DNA of 29,854 nt from Chthoniobacteraceae bacterium (GTDB taxonomy: Bacteria > Verrucomicrobiota > Verrucomicrobiia > Chthoniobacterales > Chthoniobacteraceae): NCBI GenBank assembly GCA_031409655.1, contig JANNXQ010000064.1, forward strand, positions 1 to 29,854, given 5' to 3'. Made by a program: the position numbers and the translations under genes. A model generated the notes under the pieces. The model saw nothing but the letters and a program-made list of their open reading frames with translations. It was not told the DNA's origin and made no database searches. This document shows, piece after piece, positions 26,401 to 29,854 of the stretch. Numbering within the stretch: position 1 is the stretch's first letter; each line of letters opens with the position of its first letter.

Positions 26401-28148
26401 TCAATGATCTCGCGCAGGTCTGGACCGATGCGATCAAGAGCGGCGAGTGGCAGCCGGATTCGCCGGAGAAGCAGAAGCAACTCGCCTGGGGCCTCGGCGC
26501 GATCCGTCCGGAACTCGCCAGCACCGCGATCGCGAAACTTTTCGCCGACGGCAAAATCCCGCTCGACGGCACCGGGCCGTGGATCGAACTCCTCGGCACG
26601 GCGGGCGGACCGAAGGAACTCCGCGCACTGCTCGACCAACTCCTCGCGAGCAAACTCCCCGCCGAAGCGCGGGTGCGGGCGATGCTCGCGTTTGGCGATG
26701 CCGCGCGTTCCCGAAACGTGCGCCCGGAAGGCGACCTTACGACGGTGCCCAAGGATTTCGGCCGGCTGCCGGAGCGGGGACCGGAGTTTGAGGCCGCGGC
26801 CTTCCGCGCGCTCGGGCTTTGGAAAGTCGAGAGCGTCCGGCCTCTGGCCACGCGGGCCGCGGGCGCGTTTGAGACGGGTGCCGACGTGCGCGCGGCAGCC
26901 TTTGAGGCGCTGCGTTCGCTGGGCGGCGCGGAGTCCATCAAGACCCTCGACACCCTCTGCACCGAAGGCCAATCCCTCGAGACCCGCCGCCTCGCCGCGC
27001 TCAATCTCGCGCGCTTGCAGCCCGGCAAGGGCGTGCCCCGCGTGCTCGAGGTGCTCGCCAGGACGCGCAGTGAAAGTGTGATCCTCGAACTCTGGCGCGG
27101 TCTCCTCGCGATCAAGGAAGCGCCGGGGCAAATCAGCAAACTCCTCGCGGTACCCGAGGAAGCCGCGAAGCTGCCCAAACCCGTCGTCACCGCCGGCGTG
27201 CGCGCCGCCCGCGAAGCTGGCAGGAACGGCAAAACCCTGCTCGCCGCTCTGGCCCCGCTCGCTGGCTTGGATTTGAAGGAAGCGAAACTTTCCACCGACT
27301 ACCTCGACCTCGCCAAACAGGCGAAGCAGCAAGGCGATGCCGTGCGCGGCGAATTCATCTACCGCCGCAGCGCGCTCATCTGCACCACCTGCCACGCCAT
27401 CGGCGGCGCCGGCGGGAAAGTCGGCCCGGACATGACCAGCATCGGCGCGAGTGCTCCGCTTGATTACCTCGTCGAGAGCCTGCTCGATCCCGCGGCCAAG
27501 GTGAAGGAAGGCTACAACGCGGTGAACATTTCCCTGAAGGACGGCACCGTGGTCATGGGCATCCAAGCCCGCGAGAGCGCGAGTGACATCGTCCTGCGCG
27601 ACGCCACCGGCCGCGAGCAAAGCGTGGCCAAAGGCCAGATCGCCAGCACCACGAACATTGGCTCCCTCATGCCCGCCGGATTGCTCGAACAGCTCCAGCC
27701 CCGCGAACGCCTCGACCTCTACGCCTTCCTCGGCGAACTCGGCAAACCCGGCCCCTTCGATGCGAGCAAAGGCAGCGTCGCCCGCGTCTGGACGCTGGCG
27801 AAACCCGGCGCGTCCCCGGGCACTGCCGATCCCGGACTCAGCCTCCCAGCCTATACGCTCGTCGATGGCCGCCTCGTGAAAGACCTGCTCGCGGACAAAC
27901 TCCCGATGTTCGCGGACACACCGGTCATCATCGCCACCACCCGCTTCCAAGGACCCGGCGGAAAAACGCAGCTCAAAATCGCCGGAACGAAGAAGGCCTG
28001 GCTCGACGGCCAGCCACTCGACCTCACAAAAGAGATCGCGCCCGAACTGACCAGCGCCATCCACACCCTGACCGTCGAACTCGATCCGAAGAACCCACCC
28101 GAAGCCCTCCGCGCCGAATCCCCCGAGGCGCGCTTCCTCGGCGAGTGA
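23478..28148 (+). CDS. PVC-type multidomain protein: SGNH/GDSL-like domain, dehydrogenase-like beta-propeller, HEAT-like repeats, C-terminal c-type haem domain
   Basis: Signal peptide; GDRVVFLGDT...NGIHL; WAENP...PVQMNWD..GRLWV, GFGTEDTHH, FRPIDVKLGPDGALYVADW; PRVRL repeats; CTTCH...GGKVGPDMT, SLMPAGL. Confidence 0.9.
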   Translation: MTTRLLALLLTFTIFARAEEAPFEILDGDRVVFLGDTLLEREGNYGHLETRLTTQFRDRRFTVRNLSWAGETPLGWSRASFDAPAKGFERLKENLELVKPTVVFLGFGMAASLQEMTDRSRDITLNGDPARYGAEPMSAGRFKRELSELMDAIKALDATKEVRFVLLSPLRHEDLRAQRPGLPDPAAHNALLADYTQVTADLAKERNARFVDLFHLWSENGKATRTIILDEVRDEVTPNGIHLSSGGYAMLSEEIAASLGWNIEMPTTTAEFVRWEATRTALNVALRDLIVRKNELFFHRFRPANSTYLFGFRKHEQGQNAAEIPKFDPLIAAVEAEIEALKRSGQPAAPAAKKAPVSLKDLEPPPHPGFQVAEGYQIELWAENPLLEKPVQMNWDALGRLWVASSSLYPQIEPGGVANDKILILEDKDRDGKAETSSIFSDDLLIPTAVVPDVVKDEKIESPKATSLHPSSLILHPSACYVGQSTELLHLTDTDGDGRADRTRIVFSGFGTEDTHHLIHTLRWGPDGRLYFNQSIYIHSHLETPWGMVRLNSGGVFAYDPRTERVEVYVKGFINTWGLAWDQWGQSFHTDGAGGGGINWGFPGAMFVTYEGARQILPSISPGAYPKFAGLEILHSPHFPAEWQGNAITCDFRAHRIVRFEIKDLAVGEEEKRRQGDKENSALSTSTSLPASSSSPSSGYVATEQPDFIRTTDLSFRPIDVKLGPDGALYVADWSNPVINHGEVDFRDPRRDKHMGRIWRITKKDAPLVKWEPLVAKDEKDLLEGLRSSNAWEVEHARRALIAKPERSPVKFPYANLRGSPPPLWPHGETPQPLEEMRVVLARGQQHELVSHPLVSDFDPRLRAAYLTGFARQITAEARHVPLPSAPWGTIVPIGYPPLLALQRDSSPRVRLVAMRALARIPHWVSASFVLEAALNQPGGEVGKVKSEAQGGTFDKATFSDTKDPFYGYAAWLSINDLAQVWTDAIKSGEWQPDSPEKQKQLAWGLGAIRPELASTAIAKLFADGKIPLDGTGPWIELLGTAGGPKELRALLDQLLASKLPAEARVRAMLAFGDAARSRNVRPEGDLTTVPKDFGRLPERGPEFEAAAFRALGLWKVESVRPLATRAAGAFETGADVRAAAFEALRSLGGAESIKTLDTLCTEGQSLETRRLAALNLARLQPGKGVPRVLEVLARTRSESVILELWRGLLAIKEAPGQISKLLAVPEEAAKLPKPVVTAGVRAAREAGRNGKTLLAALAPLAGLDLKEAKLSTDYLDLAKQAKQQGDAVRGEFIYRRSALICTTCHAIGGAGGKVGPDMTSIGASAPLDYLVESLLDPAAKVKEGYNAVNISLKDGTVVMGIQARESASDIVLRDATGREQSVAKGQIASTTNIGSLMPAGLLEQLQPRERLDLYAFLGELGKPGPFDASKGSVARVWTLAKPGASPGTADPGLSLPAYTLVDGRLVKDLLADKLPMFADTPVIIATTRFQGPGGKTQLKIAGTKKAWLDGQPLDLTKEIAPELTSAIHTLTVELDPKNPPEALRAESPEARFLGE
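24840..24910. repeat. in-frame heptamer array (TTCATCC)x4 with short inverted partner
   Basis: gtgaaggatgaa (24840-24851) then ttcatcc ttcatcc ctcatcc ttcatcc ttc (24880-24910); encodes VKDEK...SLHPSSLILHPS. Confidence 0.85.
25479..25571. repeat. in-frame octamer array (GGAGACAA-like) x about 4.7 with degenerate inverted partner
   Basis: ggagaaga ggagaaga ggagacaa ggagacaa ggagaa (25479-25516), then 8-periodic ctctcc acttctac cagtctcc cagcctcc tcttcttc; encodes GEEEKRRQGDKENSALSTSTSLPASSSSPSS. Confidence 0.8.
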
Positions 28149-28166
28149 ACGGGCGGAGCAACTCCT

Positions 28167-28284
28167 GGGAGCGCCGCCGTCCCGTGCGGCAAAACCTGAT
28201 CGCGCGGAGCGCCCATCATTCTCTTTTACGGGAGAGTGGCGCTGCGCGCAGCAGACGGTTGCCGCACGGGACGGCGGCGCTCCC
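28167..28284. repeat. REPIN-like element: two inverted REP-like units forming a 118-bp hairpin between convergent genes
   Basis: Perfect 26-bp inverted repeat GGGAGCGCCGCCGTCCCGTGCGGCAA (28167-28192 / 28259-28284); each unit has GGAG followed by a GCCGC...GCGGC mini-palindrome; spacer also self-complementary. Confidence 0.8.
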
Positions 28285-28291
28285 GTGACGA

Positions 28292-29803
28292 TTACCGCGT
28301 CCGTCCGCTCGCTCGTTGCTTCGCGGTCAATTCGGAAAGCTCCTTGACGATGTCCGGATTTTCCGCGGCGACATTCGTCGTCTCGGCGAGATCCTTGGTG
28401 AGATCGAAAAGCTGAGGCCCGGTCACTGGCTTCTCCGTGCGCGAGTCGCGGCGGCTGTTGCCACCCGGCACCAGCTTCCAGCCATCGCGCCGAACGCCGA
28501 AGGGTCCCTGCACTCCCCCATTGTGCGCGATGAAGGTCGTGCGCGCTGGCTTGTCGTGCGGGGTGCCGAGCAGCGCGGGCAGGACGTTCATGCTATCGAG
28601 CGCGGCATCGGCGGGGAGCGCGACCCCGGTCAGCGCCGCGAAAGTCGCAGGCAGATCGAGGAGCGCGAGGAGTTCCCCGTTTTCACTCCCGGCCTGAATC
28701 TTTGCCGGCCAGCGGGCGAGGAAAGGCACGCGATGTCCACCTTCCCAGAGCGAACCCTTGTAACCCCGCAGCACGCCATTGCAGGCGACATCAGGTTTGC
28801 CGAAATCTTCGTAGCCGTCGTCGAGCACGCCGCCATTGTCGCTGCTGAAAATGACGAGCGTATTCTCCGTCAGCTTCAGCCTATCGAGCGCGGCGAGCAC
28901 CTGGCCGATGGTGTCGTCGAGTTCGTGGATGGCATCTCCCCGAATGCCGCTCGGGCTGGAATCCTTGAAGCGCGGATGCGGCACGCGCGGAACGTGGATG
29001 CCATGCGTGGCGAGGTAGAGGAAGAAGGGACCGGTCTTGTTCTGCTCGATGAAACCGATGGCCTTTTTCGCGAAGGTGTCCGCCATGTCTTCATCCTTCC
29101 AACGCGCGGCCTTCCCTCCAGTCATCCAACCGATGCGGCCCACGCCATTCACGATCGTCATGTCGTGACCGTGGGTATGCTTGAGTTTGAGCAGCTCGGG
29201 ATTCTCCACGCCGGTCGGCTCGGTACCGACCTTCTGCTTATAACTCACCGTGATCGGGTCCGCGGGATCGAGACCGACGATGCGGTGATTTTCGACATAC
29301 ACCGTCGGCACCCGATCGCCGGTGGCGGGCATCATGAAAGTGTAGTCAAACCCGAGTTCCAGCGGGCCGGGCTTGATGTCGGCGTTCCAATCCGGCCCGC
29401 TTTCGCCCCCGAGACCGAGGTGCCACTTGCCGACGTGCCCGCTCTTGTAACCCGCTTCGCGGAGTAACGAAGGGATCGTCACCGTGCCGGGCGGAATACT
29501 GAGGGGGGCGTCACCCGGTGCGATCGAGGCGCCGGACGGTTGCCGCCAGGAGTAAGTGCCCGTGAGCAGCGCGCGCCGCGTGGGCGTGCAAGTCGAGGCG
29601 GGCGAATGGGCATCCGTGAAGCGCCGACCTTCGCGCGCAAGGCGATCGAGATTCGGCGTCCTGGCGTGCTTCGCGCCATAGCACGAGAGATCCCCGTAGC
29701 CGATGTCGTCGGCAATGATGACGATGATGTTGGGCTTCTCGGCGGCGGAGGCTGAGGCAGCGATGAGGGCGAGACTGGAGAGGAGATGACGGATTGTTTT
29801 CAT
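28292..29803 (-). CDS. arylsulfatase (formylglycine-dependent S1 sulfatase)
   Basis: Signal peptide, KPNIIVIIADDIGYGD, CTPTRRALLTG, GKWHLG, SSDNG, GYKGSLWEGGHRVP. Confidence 0.95.
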   Translation of the reverse strand: MKTIRHLLSSLALIAASASAAEKPNIIVIIADDIGYGDLSCYGAKHARTPNLDRLAREGRRFTDAHSPASTCTPTRRALLTGTYSWRQPSGASIAPGDAPLSIPPGTVTIPSLLREAGYKSGHVGKWHLGLGGESGPDWNADIKPGPLELGFDYTFMMPATGDRVPTVYVENHRIVGLDPADPITVSYKQKVGTEPTGVENPELLKLKHTHGHDMTIVNGVGRIGWMTGGKAARWKDEDMADTFAKKAIGFIEQNKTGPFFLYLATHGIHVPRVPHPRFKDSSPSGIRGDAIHELDDTIGQVLAALDRLKLTENTLVIFSSDNGGVLDDGYEDFGKPDVACNGVLRGYKGSLWEGGHRVPFLARWPAKIQAGSENGELLALLDLPATFAALTGVALPADAALDSMNVLPALLGTPHDKPARTTFIAHNGGVQGPFGVRRDGWKLVPGGNSRRDSRTEKPVTGPQLFDLTKDLAETTNVAAENPDIVKELSELTAKQRASGRTR

Positions 29804-29827
29804 AAGAGGATTCGGAGGACGCGGCTC

Positions 29828-29854
29828 CCTGGGAGCGGGGGGGGGGGGGGGGGG
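29828..29854. other. probable start of a second REP-like copy followed by poly-G sequence artefact at the window end
   Basis: CCTGGGAGCG (29828-29837) is identical to 28164-28173, then G18 to the end. Confidence 0.55.

Noticed and set aside
29837..29854. G18 as a biological G-quadruplex or contingency tract
   Set aside because: Lies at the sequence end right after a hairpin-forming repeat start; typical of two-colour sequencing signal loss.

Overview
GC-rich bacterial chromosomal window whose gene content (PSD1/planctomycete-cytochrome protein plus DUF1501 partner, PVC-type CxxCH propeller protein, sulfatase, fused ccoNO) points to the PVC superphylum, probably Verrucomicrobia (inference). 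In order: partial S41 carboxyl-terminal protease; PSD1/DUF1501 pair; three-gene hydroxyproline catabolic cluster; complete cbb3 oxidase operon (ccoS-ccoNO-ccoQ-ccoP-ccoG-small ccoH-like-DsbD_2-ccoI, minus strand) with a divergent PocR-AraC regulator; 3D-domain lipoprotein; lone receiver protein behind a sigma54-like promoter; M16 peptidase; Tat-signal hydroxypyruvate-isomerase-like TIM barrel; a rhomboid lacking its catalytic serine; a 1556-aa SGNH/propeller/HEAT/cytochrome c protein; an arylsulfatase. No rRNA, tRNA, CRISPR array, transposase or reverse transcriptase was recognised. The most unusual signal is at DNA level: eight loci built from about 4-6 tandem copies of a 7-, 8- or 9-nt unit, mostly as inverted pairs, using seven different unit sequences. 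Three sit in frame inside genes, one pair brackets a gene, and one is the core of a 152-bp MITE-like element with a 4-bp target duplication inserted into another array. A REPIN-like hairpin is also present, and the window ends in a probable second REP copy followed by an artefactual poly-G. All calls are from motif reading by eye, with no database searches.
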